From Vicugna vicugna (Eukaryota): a stretch of DNA of 64,000 nt. How positions within the stretch are numbered: the first letter of the stretch is position 1; each line of letters begins with the position of its first letter. A program made the translations under genes and the position numbers. The notes under the pieces were generated by a model, which worked only from the letters and a program-made list of their open reading frames with translations, did no database searches and was not told where the DNA came from. The DNA lies in the NCBI GenBank assembly GCA_013265495.1, contig MU061578.1, forward strand, positions 1,001,308 to 1,065,307, read 5' to 3'. Shown here one piece after another: positions 12,727 through 26,499 of this stretch.

Positions 12727-15700
12727 AATTGTGGGAATAAATTGAGAAAATCTAAGTATTTAGCACAGCACCTGGCACACTGCAAGTTCTCAATAATGAT
12801 CACTTATCATGCTTCCCTACTGTTTGCACCATAGCATTAGACTTTTGCTTTTATCTAATGTCGTCTTCCACTGGGCCATGAACCCACAGGTCAGAGGCTC
12901 TAACTCTCACCTTTGTTTTCCAGGTGCCTGATATGGAATATGTGTGCAGTGACGAAATAACTATGTTAACAAGTGCATGGGGAGCTGCATGTGGCTGTTA
13001 ACACTGTCCTCCATCTAGGAGAATGGTCTCCTGATCCGATCTGTAATATTGGGATGAGATGGGAATGATGTGGCCCCGTGTGGAGAATGATCTAGCTGTG
13101 ACTGTCACACTGTCGGACATATATCTAGAGTGAGGGGCACAAGCCTGAATTTGAACCCAGAACCAAGGGCTCATTAACTCAAACACTAACCAGCCGAGCC
13201 AGTAACAAGGTTGCTGTTCGGATGATATCATTTGGCATTGTGTGGCCAGGATCTACAGCTGGGGGACGTCCTCGTGGTAGCTTCTTGGACTTGAGATTGA
13301 CTGACAATTGACTCATCAATTCTCCTCTGTTCTCAGGTCAGACAACTCATTGATCATTCAAGGTATTGTTGGAAGTTGAGAAGTTAATAAAGAAGTTCGA
13401 TGGGAACATACATTGGTTCTTCTTACCCAAAGATACCAAGACTTGGGGTGCACACCAAGGGGAAAGGGGCAAAGTTTATACACTGCTCTTTGTAATATTG
13501 TTCTTTTGTCTTCTGCTTCTCGCTACCCATGAAATTCTCCAAACTGCTTCTGCTCAATCCTCCACAGTCACTCTGGAATTCTTTTCATGGCTAGCAGGAA
13601 AAACTAGTTACCTTGCTATACATTCAACAAGTTCAGACATTGAAAGATGGGTTCAGGAGATCAAATATGGCAGAGTCTAGCTTTCCTTGGGGATGGCAGG
13701 TGGGCCCAGTGGTCCCTACTGAATCTACTCCTGGGACAAAAGACTCTAGTGAGTAACACCCCTAGAATTATTAGGAAACACCTACACTCACTGCCTTTGC
13801 AGGATAAGGTGATGCTCTCTTAAAAGCTTCTTATGATGTCTGATCAATTATTTTTTCTTTTAACTGAGCAGACAAAAACAGGGCAATAAAAAAAAAGCCA
13901 CACTTGAAAGGATCATGAAAAGGAAGTCCTTATGCCATAGAATCACGGGCTTTTCAGGTCGGAAGGGCTTTGAAAGGAATCTCAAATTCTGATACAACAA
14001 CCCTGCCAAGTGGCCACCACAGCTCTGTTCGCATATCTGCAGTCACAGGGAACTTACTACCAAGGATGGAGCACACACTCTCTTTTTACATCCTTTGAAT
14101 GTCTCGCTGGTCACATCAGGAAGATGCAGGTGGCAGCTTCATTCCCTCTAAGAGAAAGCCCTTGCGTCTTAAAGTGTTGGGAAGAAACCCAACGTAAGTT
14201 GAACTGGTAAGCAAGCTGGTTTAGTCTGTGAGGATGCAGGGCAGCTGACACCAGAAGCATCAGCTGAAAGGTGAGTGTGTGTGTGTGTGTGTGTGAGTGT
14301 TACAGTTTTTCTCTCTTTGAGTTGCCTTTCCTCTGCTTACAAATGTCAACTGCAATGGAGTGTTTGAGTTTCTTGATGCCAGTGGATAAATAACATAGTT
14401 TGTCTCAGAAAACCAGAAATACGGCCAGTCTCTCCCTGCCCATAGCATTTCAGCGTGTTTGACGAGGGTGGGAGAGGAAGAAGATGAATTGTGTCACAGC
14501 AGCCTGTCCAGAGGCTCCCCACCGCACTGCTTCCCTGACTTACAGGTAACTAGTTACCAGAGGTGTCACTTGGGAAAACAAAGGGTGATCCAGCGAAGAT
14601 TTGCAAGCAAAATCACTCGTCCCTCCCCAAAATAACTGGACACGTCTCTCAGACGCTCTGCAAAGGCGGAAGAAACTGGGCCTCCCCAATTTCTCAGCTG
14701 GCCCGTGTGTCTTCTCATCCATCACTGGGGTAATACGTCCAGAGTGGCATTTCGTAATGACAGCAACATTCCAGCAAATCGATAGTTATTTAATTCCCAA
14801 CAAGCTCTCGAGTCCATTAAGCCTGATTACATTCACCCATTTCAGTGGGTGCCGTTATTTCTCCTACACCGGCACTTAATCTATAACAGGAACTTATGAG
14901 AACTTTCAGAAGCAATTTCAGCATCCATCAGCATAGAGTGAAGGGCACGATTCGCTTATAATTATTTATCGGACGGGGCGGCAGAGGGTCTGACAAAACT
15001 CCAAAGGCTAACCTTCACCCCAAGTTCCCCAAGAGAAGCAAAAGGCCTGCCTTCCAGTCTGCCACGGAGTGCCTCCTTCAGACTCCACGCCGGCCACGCC
15101 GGCCTGCTCACGCCCGGAAAGGTGGAACCATCTCCAGGTTGTTAGGGACCACTCCCCAGGCAGTTTGCTTATTTCTCCCCTGTGATACAGGAAGACGCCC
15201 AAACAATCAATGACCCATTAATCTGGGATGATAGAATGTTTTGTTATGACATGGAATCATCCCTGGATGGCTCAGATCACCATCAGAGTTCTTACAGATG
15301 ACAAGAGGTAACAACAACATTCAGCAAACGAGAATAAAGGTGCTTGACCGGCACCCTTTCCGGAAATTTTAATCCGCGGGCTAGGCTGTTGCAGAATTTT
15401 AAAATAGTGTGTGGGGGGGGGAGCACAAAGATAAAGTTGTAAAAGGGCACACTAACTACATGCGGGTTCTCCCTTTCCTGTAGAAGCGAGGTAGAGAATC
15501 ATTACAAAGAGAGACGGTTGTTCTCAAGCAAAAAATAAACAAACTGCAACAAAAAAACATCCAGGCTTCCTACGATGTTTAGGCTCTGTTACTAGTCGAT
15601 GTCAGCCTTCCACAGAGAAATTCAGACACATGCCCAGAAGCCGACACTTGCTTACAAAGACAAACTTAGGAGAAAGAAGAAGAAAAAAAAAAACAGCCCC

Positions 15701-16365
15701 AAATCTCTTATTGGTAGACGATTCTCCCTACAGAGGATTAATAGCCTTAAAAGTAAAACCAAAGCACATTTCAATCCTCCACTTTCTTGCCATCATTAAG
15801 ATGTAAACAGCTGGTAAGGGATTCCTAGAATTATCTCTGAACTTCATCAGTTAACCGTCAGCAGAGTGTTCCTTTTTTGCCTCTCTGCCACCACGCAACC
15901 CAGGTTGGGGAAGTGGTGGGGGGGAGGGAGGGGTCCTACAAAAACAGACCATCCACACAAAAAAGGGCGAACACGAGGATGAATGCACCTTCCCCGCTCC
16001 CGCTGTTTCCTGGGTGAAAGCTCTTAACCAAGTCGCCTGATGATCAGTCACTCTGCCTCATGACCTGCTCCGGGAGACGGAGTCCCTCAGAACTCTGGGA
16101 AGGAGAGCAAATCCTTTGCCCCGTGGTCAACCTCCCGAAGCAAAGGCATGAATGTTAAACAGCAACTCGATCGATACAAGCAAATATAGCTCAACTACAC
16201 CATTTATTCAGCCATGAGAGATGTCAATAGCCGGATCAGGGTGATCCATCTTTTTGATTTCCTACTGTCTTCCCACTGACTACACGAGGGCTTTTTCCTG
16301 TATTAAAAGTGTTTGCTTTCTCAACCATAAAAATTCCAATTATTACTCTGAGCGCTCTGGAGTTA

Positions 16366-16800
<435 letters not shown>

Positions 16801-17639
16801 TTCTCGGCGAGAGTGAGAGAGAGAGCAGGAGACGGAGCGAGAGGTGGTCAGGCTGGGGGATCTGGGCTCTTCCTAAGGAATTGGGGCAAAAGGCACAAAA
16901 GGCAAGGGACGGAGTCTGCGTGAGGTGTTCAGAGAGGAGAAGTGAGAAACGTAAATTCGTAGATTATCAGTTGCCCCTTAAAACCGAAGCAGGGGAACAC
17001 GGGCAGCCTTGGGGACTGATCTCAAAGAAACCAAGCGGACACTTGGTCTAGTTTGTTATCCTCCCCCACCCCCACCCTCTGGTTTTCCTTTTAAAGGGGC
17101 AATTTGTGCAAACAACACAATAACACCACCAGCTAATATTTGCAGTGTGTGCTCTGCACACAGAATGAGCGAAATGATTTACAACTGTTTGGTAATTTCA
17201 TTCTCACAACTCTCCCAAGGATGCATTATTATCAGTTCCAGAGACACGTGGAGGACGAGGCTCACACTAGCTGGACGGCTCACTCCTGGCCCTACGTGTG
17301 TAAGGGGCAGGCTGCAAACACAGTCTCTGATCACACCATCATTCCCACTGCAGTGTTTTGTTCTGTCATAGAACTTCATGAGCCTTTAAATTAAAAAAAA
17401 AATTCTTCGTCTTTGAGCTTTCTATTGCCATATATTAATATGCAATCTGTTAATAAGAGATGACAACCTGTACCCAGAGTTTAAAGGCAGAGCTAATCTA
17501 CACTAAAACTACAGATGAGAAATACATTATAGCCAATGCCTGAAGTCTTATGTTTCAACATATCCCAGGGATTGTCTAGGACACTGGACACTTTACATGC
17601 TAATAGATAAACTTGTGTGGGATTGCATGAATTGAAATT

Positions 17640-17810
17640 ATACTGACTTGGGTGTCCCACTTAATAGCTGTGTGAGGTTCAACAAGTTGCTTAGCGTCTC
17701 TGGACCTCAGTTTTCTCATTTGGGAAACTGAGATAATAATAGACCTCACCTCATAGGGTTCTGTGACAAGTGCTTGGCGCCATATCATGGTGGATACAAT
17801 ACAAGATGTG
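17640..17810 (+). mobile_element. MIR SINE
   Basis: ctctggacctcagttttctcatttgggaaactgagataataatagacctcacctcatagggtt. Confidence 0.85.
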
Positions 17811-18851
17811 TAAAAATATTTGCCCTTCTTATTTGGGGTTTCCTGTCCTTCTACTGATGGCTGGTACAGACACACCTCTGACTTCAGACTGAAGGTGCAG
17901 GTAACGTTCAAATTGTCACTCGTCTCATCGTCATATCAGGAGAGCACGTGGGCGTGTTGAGAGTTTCACAATTTTGAGAGCACGAAGTGAACCCACCCAG
18001 CTCATGCTCATGGCATAGAGATCATTAAAAAATCACCTTCAAACCAAACATCTGCTTGCCACATTCCACCTCTAACTCGAAACAGGACACAGGATATAGA
18101 TTTTGTCGAAACTGGGAGAGCTTCAGACACCGCAAAACATATTCAACTATTGGCTTTCTCTAAATCCAAATGTCAATTCCCCTCCCTTTAGATCGCCAAG
18201 GTGTTTTTACACTACACTAATTTTAGTTGCTTGATTTAGCTGCATAATTACATTTCTAGATAATGACAGTGGACAGTGTTTGGCAGAGAATTCAATTATT
18301 TAAGGCTGAATTTTGGCCATCTTGACAAAGTTTCTCTGTAATTGATTCTCAGGTATCAAAGTGGACACGTCGTTACAATTCAGAAAGCTCCAGGAACAGC
18401 TGCGAGCTGACCCCTCTTACTTAACAGCCTGATACTGTTTCTAACTTTAGCTTTTGACTCTGACTTTCAACACCGCGCTTCTGAGAAGTTACTGGGGAGG
18501 ACAGTGGCATTGCCATGAGACAGCTTCCTGGGAGGGGAGAGCTCCTCCTTACCTTGGTAAGGCCTGGGTCAGATCGGATTATGTCTCTTTGGTGTTACAA
18601 AGTGGAAAGACCCTTGGACCAGGAGCCAGGGAACGTAATTCAGTCACAAAGGCCAGAAATTTACATGCTGAGACTTGAACAGAATAATGGAAGTGACAAT
18701 ACCCACTTACTCTTCACCAAGACTGCTCCAATGAGCAGAATCATGGGAATGTTCTGGAAACTGTAGAGTTACATAAATACAAAAGATTACTATATTTATT
18801 ACTATACATTATTTTGTAAAGAACCTGATGATATATTTCAGAAATATATTA

Positions 18852-19303
18852 CAGGCAGACCTTGGAGATATTACGAATTCGACTCCAGACCCCTGAGATA
18901 AAGTGACTATCATCATAAAATGAGTCCCCCATTTTTGCTTTCCCACAGCATGTAAAAGGTGTGTTTGCACTGTACTGTAGTCTGTTAACTATACCATAGC
19001 ATTATGTCTGACAAAAACTGTCTACTATGTTAATTAAAAATACATTGTTGCTAAAATATGCTAACCATCATCTGAACCCTCAGCAAGTTGTAACAGATCC
19101 GTGGTCACAGATCACCATAACAAACAGATGAAGAATGAAAAGTTTGGAACAGTGAGAGAATTCCAAAATATGACATAGATATGTGAAGTGAGTGAATGCT
19201 GTTTAAAAAAATGGTGCCCATAGACTTGGTTGACACAGGGTGGCCACATTCAATTTGTCAAAAACACAGTACCTGCAAAGCACAACAAGATGAGGTCTAC
19301 CTG
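18852..19303 (-). mobile_element. Internally deleted Tigger1 (Tigger1a-like MITE) with both TIRs and TA target duplication
   Basis: ta|caggcagacct ... aggtctacctg|ta (11-bp TIR, 1 mismatch). Both ends match the recalled Tigger1 termini. Confidence 0.85.
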
Positions 19304-20067
19304 TACATAGGGACATACAGATACATCCTATATCCTTTGCAGAGGATTTCTTTTTCTTTTTAAGAACTCCATGATACAAAAACGTTTGCTGCTCCTGTGT
19401 AAGGAGTATCCCTTTTCCTCTCTCTGAAAATAAAGGCTAATTGTTTTGTGACTCTTTTCCCTTTGACTGCCAGGAAGCTCAGAGTCCATTAAGAAGTTCA
19501 GCTCTGTCCATTTTGTTGGCCTTTACTGCCCTCATATTTGTGTTTTTATCTTCCTGTTCCCACCACCACCACCTCTAGTCCTAACTGTTGTTCACATAGT
19601 CTCGGATTCCGACTTTATGTTTAGCCATTACTGTGGTATGTGATTGTAGTACTCACATTTGTGAAATGGCATAAATTGAATGTATCCCTGTTTCAAACCC
19701 ACCCCTAAAACTTTATGAAATAACAAAACATAAAAATAAATAACAACCACTAAGCAAAACCATCTAGTATTACTGGGCTGTAACTCTTTCCTCTGAGGTC
19801 CATTCCCTCTACTGAAAAAGCAAGCACCACGTTCTGTGTATCTCTGCTCCCCAGCAGCTCATGGCAAATGGTTAGCTACCCTATGTCTACTGGGTGAGAT
19901 AAGCTCATGGTATTTTGAAGGAACTTAAAAAAAAATGTAGAATAAAAAAATAAGGCAAAGAACAGGGGTGATCGTTTGGGCAGCAGCTGGGAAATACAGG
20001 TAGGGCTCCGAAATGGACTGAATTCAAATGAAGGGCCATGTATCATGACTGCTTTGGCCATTACAAG

Positions 20068-20367
20068 CAGGGAATGGCCAACCTGTTTCTGTAAATAGGC
20101 AGATGACAAATATTTTAAGTGTTGTGGACCTTCTGCTGTCTGTTACAACTACTCAAACCTCTGCCATTTTCATATGAAAATGTTTACAGTATGTAAATGA
20201 ACTCTGGAATGTGAATTTCCTGTAATTTTCACCTGTCAGGACATATTCTTCCTCTGATTTTTTTTTCCAACCATTTGAAAGTGTAAAAACCAATCTTAGC
20301 TCGGGAGTCGTACAAAAACAGGCCACGGCCCAGCTTTGACTCACAGCCTGTGCTTTGCTGACCCCTA
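20068..20367. mobile_element. MER58-like hAT-Charlie element
   Basis: caggg..tggccaacctgtttctgtaaa..gcagatgacaaatatttta ... tttgctgacccct. Confidence 0.75.
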
Positions 20368-21580
20368 ATTTACAGCATATAATTTATCCAAACTTCTAGA
20401 AGTCAGACTTCAATGCAGTAACAGGTGTATATACTGCTTTTTGGTTTCCTTCTGCTTCTTTACTTGCTTCTTGTCTTTCTGGTCACTTCTTTGGTGCCAG
20501 CTCTGTCAATCATCCCTGTCTTAGAGACTCCCATCAAGACCCTTTGTTTTTCTCAGCCTGCCCTTGATAGTTTAGTATCGTCCATCCTCCCTCAAAACAG
20601 TTCTCCCATCTTTCTCTACCTTCCATGCCAACACCCCCTTCTTAGTTACTGACCTCTCTTTTCCTTTCCTAGATTCCAGTGGTTCCACTCAGGCTGTGAG
20701 ATACTGCACCCCCTTCCCCAGATCCTCAGAGCTAACACGAGGATGACTCTGCCCGCCGCCAGCCCTTCCGAGCAGCAGTCACCCAAAGTTTAAACACCCA
20801 TATAAGAGAAAGAAAGAGGACACAAGAGTTGGTTGCAGATTGGGAAAGGGGACCATTGAGAGAAGACTGATTTCTGCCTTATGGATTCCGTTGGCCAACA
20901 GAGCCCACTGCAGCCTCATGGACCAGATCCAGTTCATAGACAGGGATGATGATGATGGTGGTGGCGGTGGCGATTTGTCTGCATGTTATAAAAAAGAGTT
21001 AATATTTTTAAATGGAGGCGTCTCATATAAAATATAGATCTGTAATACCTCTTGAAAGTCTGGAAGATGTAGAAATGTTGGGGCACATTTCCTTGGACCA
21101 ACAGTCACCAAAGTCTGGGCAGGATCTGCCTCCTCCCCAGGTCAGGAGCTCCCCGTGAGACCATCTCTATCCGTCTTTACCTGCGTTCTGAAAACCAGCC
21201 AAATGCCACTTACTGCTCATCGACCATGAAAACAAAACAAAGCAAAAAGCATAAAATGGAGTGTTTCTCTGACAACATTCATGGTACTCCTTACCTCTTG
21301 GGTATTAATAGTGGTTATGTCCTAAGATGGATTTATGCAGATTATTAATTACCCAAACCTCTCCATCCCCAGGCCAAGTTGGGTGGCAGAGAATCTCCTA
21401 CAGTTTTCAAGGCCCTTCACAATATTCCTTAGCTTTACTTTTCCAGATTTGTCCTGCAATACACACTGTCCTTCCTTCTACAAATCATTCTTCTCTGCAA
21501 ACCACACTGGCAAGTTGCCTTTGCCAAACACATTTATGAATCCAAGACTCCTTACAAATTTGCCTGCTCTGCAGAACTGC

Positions 21581-21685
21581 ACTTCCTTCCTCCCTTCTTT
21601 CCTTCTTTTCTTTTCTTTCTTTCTTTCTTTCTTTCTTTCTTTCCTTCCTTCCTTCCTTCCTTCCTTCCTTCCTTCCTTCCTTCCT
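21581..21685 (+). repeat. (TTTC)n/(TTCC)n compound microsatellite
   Basis: Direct inspection. Confidence 0.95.
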
Positions 21686-23871
21686 AGGTCACTGGCCTAG
21701 GTCAAATGCACATTTTCTGCAAAGCCTTCCCCACTACCCCAGGTAGAACTAATTGCACCATCATCTATGTCCTAAAATCACGTTCACATTGTATAATAAT
21801 CCTTTTAAGTGTGATGGCTCCTTCTAGAAGGTAGACTGGCTCAAATAAAGAAGCATGCCATTCATTCTTGCTTGCCCAGTGACTGCAATGATGAGTAGAC
21901 AAGTGAAGTTCCCCAAAATGCTGCCTGAGAGAATGACAACTGAACAAATGCTTTGGACAAAGCGAGCGAAGCTGCATTTACATATTGTGGATGCAAGGGG
22001 TCTCCGGACAAAGGAGAATGACAGATCTCCAAGAGACCTGGGGGCATCTGGGCACAGTAGAAAAACGCATGAGTTTCATAGTTGGAGAGGCTGGGCTGGG
22101 ATCCTGGCTCTGTCACCCTTTTAAACACTTGATCTGGGACGACATGCTTAGCCCTGAGTCTTAGTCTCCTCAAGGGCAAAATGGGACCACACCTGTACCT
22201 TCTCAGAGGTACGCTGTGGCAGTCAAATGACGGGCTGCATAGACTGTGGGGAGGATGTACGGGGCCACAGACCAGCTGCTCTGCACGTTAAAAACACCTC
22301 CTTTGTAACCCTAGCAGAGGACCAATCCAGCCAGGGAAGTTACATCCTGGAAAGAGAACACATATTCCCAGCCCACTGGTTTCACTTAACAGGTGTAAGT
22401 GAAGCGGTACGTGGAGACCTCTAACAGGAATAACAAGTGCTTAATAAGCACCAGTTCTCACTGTGGCATTACTCTATTGTCTCATTGCCCAAGACTTCCA
22501 CCAGATGCTAGCTGTGTGTTCTTATGCAAATTACTTAACTTCTCTGTGCCCCAGACGTATTATCTGTAAAATAAGAATATGATTAGTAATCACACCTCAT
22601 GAAGTGTTCTAGAGATTTAAATAAGTGTCTTATACAGCTGGAGAACTGGCTCAGAGCAGACAGTGGGCATGGGTAGTTGTCACAGTGATAAGGACATTAG
22701 CAGCCACTGGTTTGAAGGATCAAACCAGCTCAAATCAGACCTCCCCCAAACCAGGAGCATCACAAGTCTTCCTCCCTTCAGCTGCTAACTGGTTAAATAA
22801 AACAGTGCTTACAGATGCTACCTGCTGTAGGAACTTACCACCTTCTTCCAGATTCCAAACCAAAACTTAAGACAGAGGCTAAGGAAGATGTGTGTGTACC
22901 TTCTGTACGTGGAATATACCATTTTGAAACCAAAATATGAGCATTTCAAATTCAATTGAGGCTTCCTGGGGATAAAGAAGATAGTGCCTTTGAAACAGGA
23001 ATAACCCAAAGAATCCAGGACACTGGGTCACCCTACCCAATAGTATCGCTTTCCCCCCGCCCACCGAAAGATGGTTATGAAGATGGACCGAGAAAATTCC
23101 AGTAAGCTCTATAAGTGAGGACGCTACTGAGCATCACCAGGAATGAGAGCCCCAGTGGTGGAGGCAGCACCGCGCCCCTCTTGGATCATTAAGTGCTTCT
23201 TGACCTGATTCTCCTCTGAAAGCCAGACTGACTGGCTGAATGAGCAAATCTAAGAATATCAACCCTGCACATCATCTCTGCTGAGATCAACAATGCTTCG
23301 GGAACCGACCCCTGACCTGTCTGGGGATGAATGGCAACTGGGTTTGAGAATGTGTTGACCTTGCTAGAGGCAAACAAATGCTCCCTGGGGACTCTCAGAA
23401 TGGGGGATGAATAATCAGCCGCTCCCCTCGATTGGGCTTTGTGCCCTCCCTGCAGCATCTGCCTTGTGTGTGGCAGGTCCCTGCAGGAGCTGGGTACAGA
23501 GCCCACTCCAAATAGCACAAATCTCCAGGACTCAGAACTGGGCCTTTCTGCCCACGCCCCATGCATGCCCTCTACTCCCCGGGAACGGGCCAAACCATCT
23601 AAACTCGACACGCATCCCTTTCCCCTGAGAGCAGAGGCGCATAGACTGGCATCTCCCAAAGTGAGCTCTGCACCATAGAAGCCTCAGGAGATGCTCTATT
23701 GTAAAAAGAACCCCATGGCCATAGAAGTGGGAGAAATTCAGCTTGCTCTCTCTCCCACTTGGGATTCAAGATGCCAAGCATAGTGAAGCCCCCGAGAAGT
23801 CCTGCAAGGAAAAAATAACAGAAACCTGTTTGACCTTGTTGGATGCAGGCATTCTCAAACTTTTTTGATGA

Positions 23872-23912
23872 CCATTCATCCATCCATCCATCCATCCATC
23901 CATCCATCCATC
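23872..23912 (+). repeat. (CATC)n microsatellite
   Basis: Direct inspection. Confidence 0.9.
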
Positions 23913-25822
23913 TTGCTATCTATTTGACTATCTGGCTATTGAGAATAAAAAAATTATACAGTCCCTGTGCGAAGTTCTTTACTGCTTCTCCTTGTCTCCC
24001 TCCTCCTATTTCTTCACCTTCATCAGAATCTTTGTGAATATCATCACCATCATCATTGTTGTGACCATGTATCCAGTGCGTACTTTGTGCCTATCCCTGC
24101 ACTAATTTCTTCACATGTTTTCCCCTCTAAATCCCTATGAAGTAGATTCTGTCAAGTTTATTACATCACAGACAAGAAAACAGAGGCACTGAGAGGAAAA
24201 GTAAATTGGCCAAGACAATATAGCTTGAAAATGACAGAGCTGTGCCTTGAACGGGGCTGCAGAGCTCTGAGAAGCCCTCTTTTGGCATGTGACAGTCATA
24301 GACAGTCATCTGAGGAATGATGGCCTGGACTAAACTGAAGCTGAGAGCACTCCTTGTCTCCTTTACTCTAGATTCCTCACTGCATCTCAAATGCTCTAAC
24401 TGCCAATTGAAGGCAAAGCAAGACAAAATCAGAGCCAGGAAAGATGGATGGACAAGACTTGAAGGTCTGGAGGAGGGCTGGCCTCTCCTGCCACCCCATC
24501 CCACCACACTGGGTCATCAGGAAATAGGGAAATGCCTCCCCACCAAGAGGAGGTCCAAGGCAGCGGAAATGGGCTGGTCATGTGGGAACGCCAGCAAAGA
24601 GTGACCGTGGGGAGAGCAAAAAATAGGAGCGTGGGATCCAGGAGAAAACACCCGAAAGAGATGACCCTGTGACCTTTCTCTGTGATGCTGCAGCACCAGC
24701 CGAGCCTCCAGGGCTCCGCCTCCTTGGCCTTTTCCCAGACGAATGCCTTCTCAGGGAGGGGGGTGGAGAGAAGCAACGGTTCTTAACTCTCAGTTTTGAC
24801 GCATGGACCATTCTGAGAGTGTTGCCCTCACTCCCAGAAAACTGCACATGACTCACAAAGTTGTCCACATCATTGCAGGGAGTTGATGGCCCCTCTGAAA
24901 TTCACCTGTGGACCCTTGAGAGGCCTCAGAACCTCCATCAGACTTTGAAGTAAGGAGCCAGTATGTGCTATGCTTTTTTCTAAAGAAAAGCACGAACAAA
25001 GGCAGAATCCCTTCAGGCAGGCTCAGAGTAACAATTCACATGACTGTTGTCGCACGGAATCATGTTGACGTGCTTACCGGCACCGTGTCTTCGAGGATGT
25101 GTACCTGCCACTCAGGGAACTGTTGCCACAGCTCAGCAGGCGTGAGGTTTTCAGGAGGGCAAGGAGGTCAAACAATCTGGAGAAGTGCTAAGGTTTTCCA
25201 TATTGTAAAAACCTAGTCAAACACTAAGAAATCCAAAACACGCACCTTGAGCCCTCGTGCCCGATAAGGAACAGTCGTCCTAAGGTAGGGTCTGCCGTGC
25301 TTCAGATGAAGCTTCCACTTCCAGCTTAAGGCCAGGAAACGGACAACATCAAATAACGCGTAGGTGTTAGGCATCAAAGGGCGCCCACCCAACCCGGCGC
25401 TGGGGGAGAGTAGAGGTAGGGAAGACGCGCTTGTGTTCTCAGAGACCATGCAGCCTAGTCTTGCAGACAAGACAGAGGCAGGAGGGACCCAGAACCAAGC
25501 CGTGCCAAGCTGTGCAGCTGCGCGCCTAAGAGGATGAGCCAAGGGGCTGACCACTGCAAATGGTTTCTCCACCATGTCACGGCCAGGCAGCTGGTGGCCA
25601 CAGAGAGCCTCTGACAGGTGGGCTTTTCAACTTCCCAGATTAGCAGTGCCCTTCTGGGACACTCCAGGGATATCAAAGGAGGAACCACCCTGAGTGACCT
25701 CATTTCCTCTCTGATTCTTACATTACAATCTATTTTTACATATTTTTAGAACAAACTGTATATATCATTTACTATTTGCCAGACACCTTCTAACTCTTTT
25801 ATCTGTTAACTCATTTAATCTT

Positions 25823-26499
25823 TGTTTCTAAAACGTAACTTTTGTTGATCTACAATATTGTGTTAGTTTTTAGATGTACAGCATCAGATTCTTTTCCATT
25901 ACAAGTTATTATAAGACATTACATACAGTTCCATGTGCTATATAGAAAAGCCTTACTGCCCATCTACTTTAGAGATAATGGTATATATCTAGTTATCTCA
26001 TACTCCTAATTTATCCCTCCCAATTCCCTTTCCCCTTTGGTAACCATAAATTTGTTTTCTATGTCTTTGAGTCTGTTTCTGTTTTGTAAATAAGTTGATT
26101 TTTATTATATTTTCAGAGTCCACATGTAAGTGATATCATATGATAATCTGCCTTTCTCTGCCTAATTTACTTCACTTAGTATGATAATCTCTAGGTCCAT
26201 CCATGTTGCTACAAATGGCACGCTTTCTTTCTTTTTTATGGCTGAATAATATTCCATTATATATATGTATATGTGTATGTATATACATATACACATATAT
26301 AATATTCCATATATATATGTATATGTGTATGTATATACATATACACATATATAATATCCCATTATATGTGTATGTATATACATATACACACTTCTTGATC
26401 CAGTCATCTGCTGATGGACATTCAGGTTGCTTCCATGTCTCGGCCACTGTAAGTAGTGCTTCTATGAACATTGGGGTTTATGTGTCTTTACAAATGAGA
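25823..26499 (-). mobile_element. 5'-truncated L1 3' end (ORF2 tail and 3' UTR) with internal TA-rich expansion, inserted into a MIR
   Basis: Minus frames give ORF2-tail-like MFIEALLTVAETWKQPECPS and MEYYSAIKKKESVPFVATWMDLEIIILSEVN. A 17-bp TSD lies at 25806-25822 / 26500-26516 (2 mismatches). MIR halves flank both sides. Confidence 0.9.

Noticed and set aside
26162..26471. ORFs resembling a real protein
   Set aside because: Decayed L1 ORF2 C-terminus interrupted by a TA-rich expansion.
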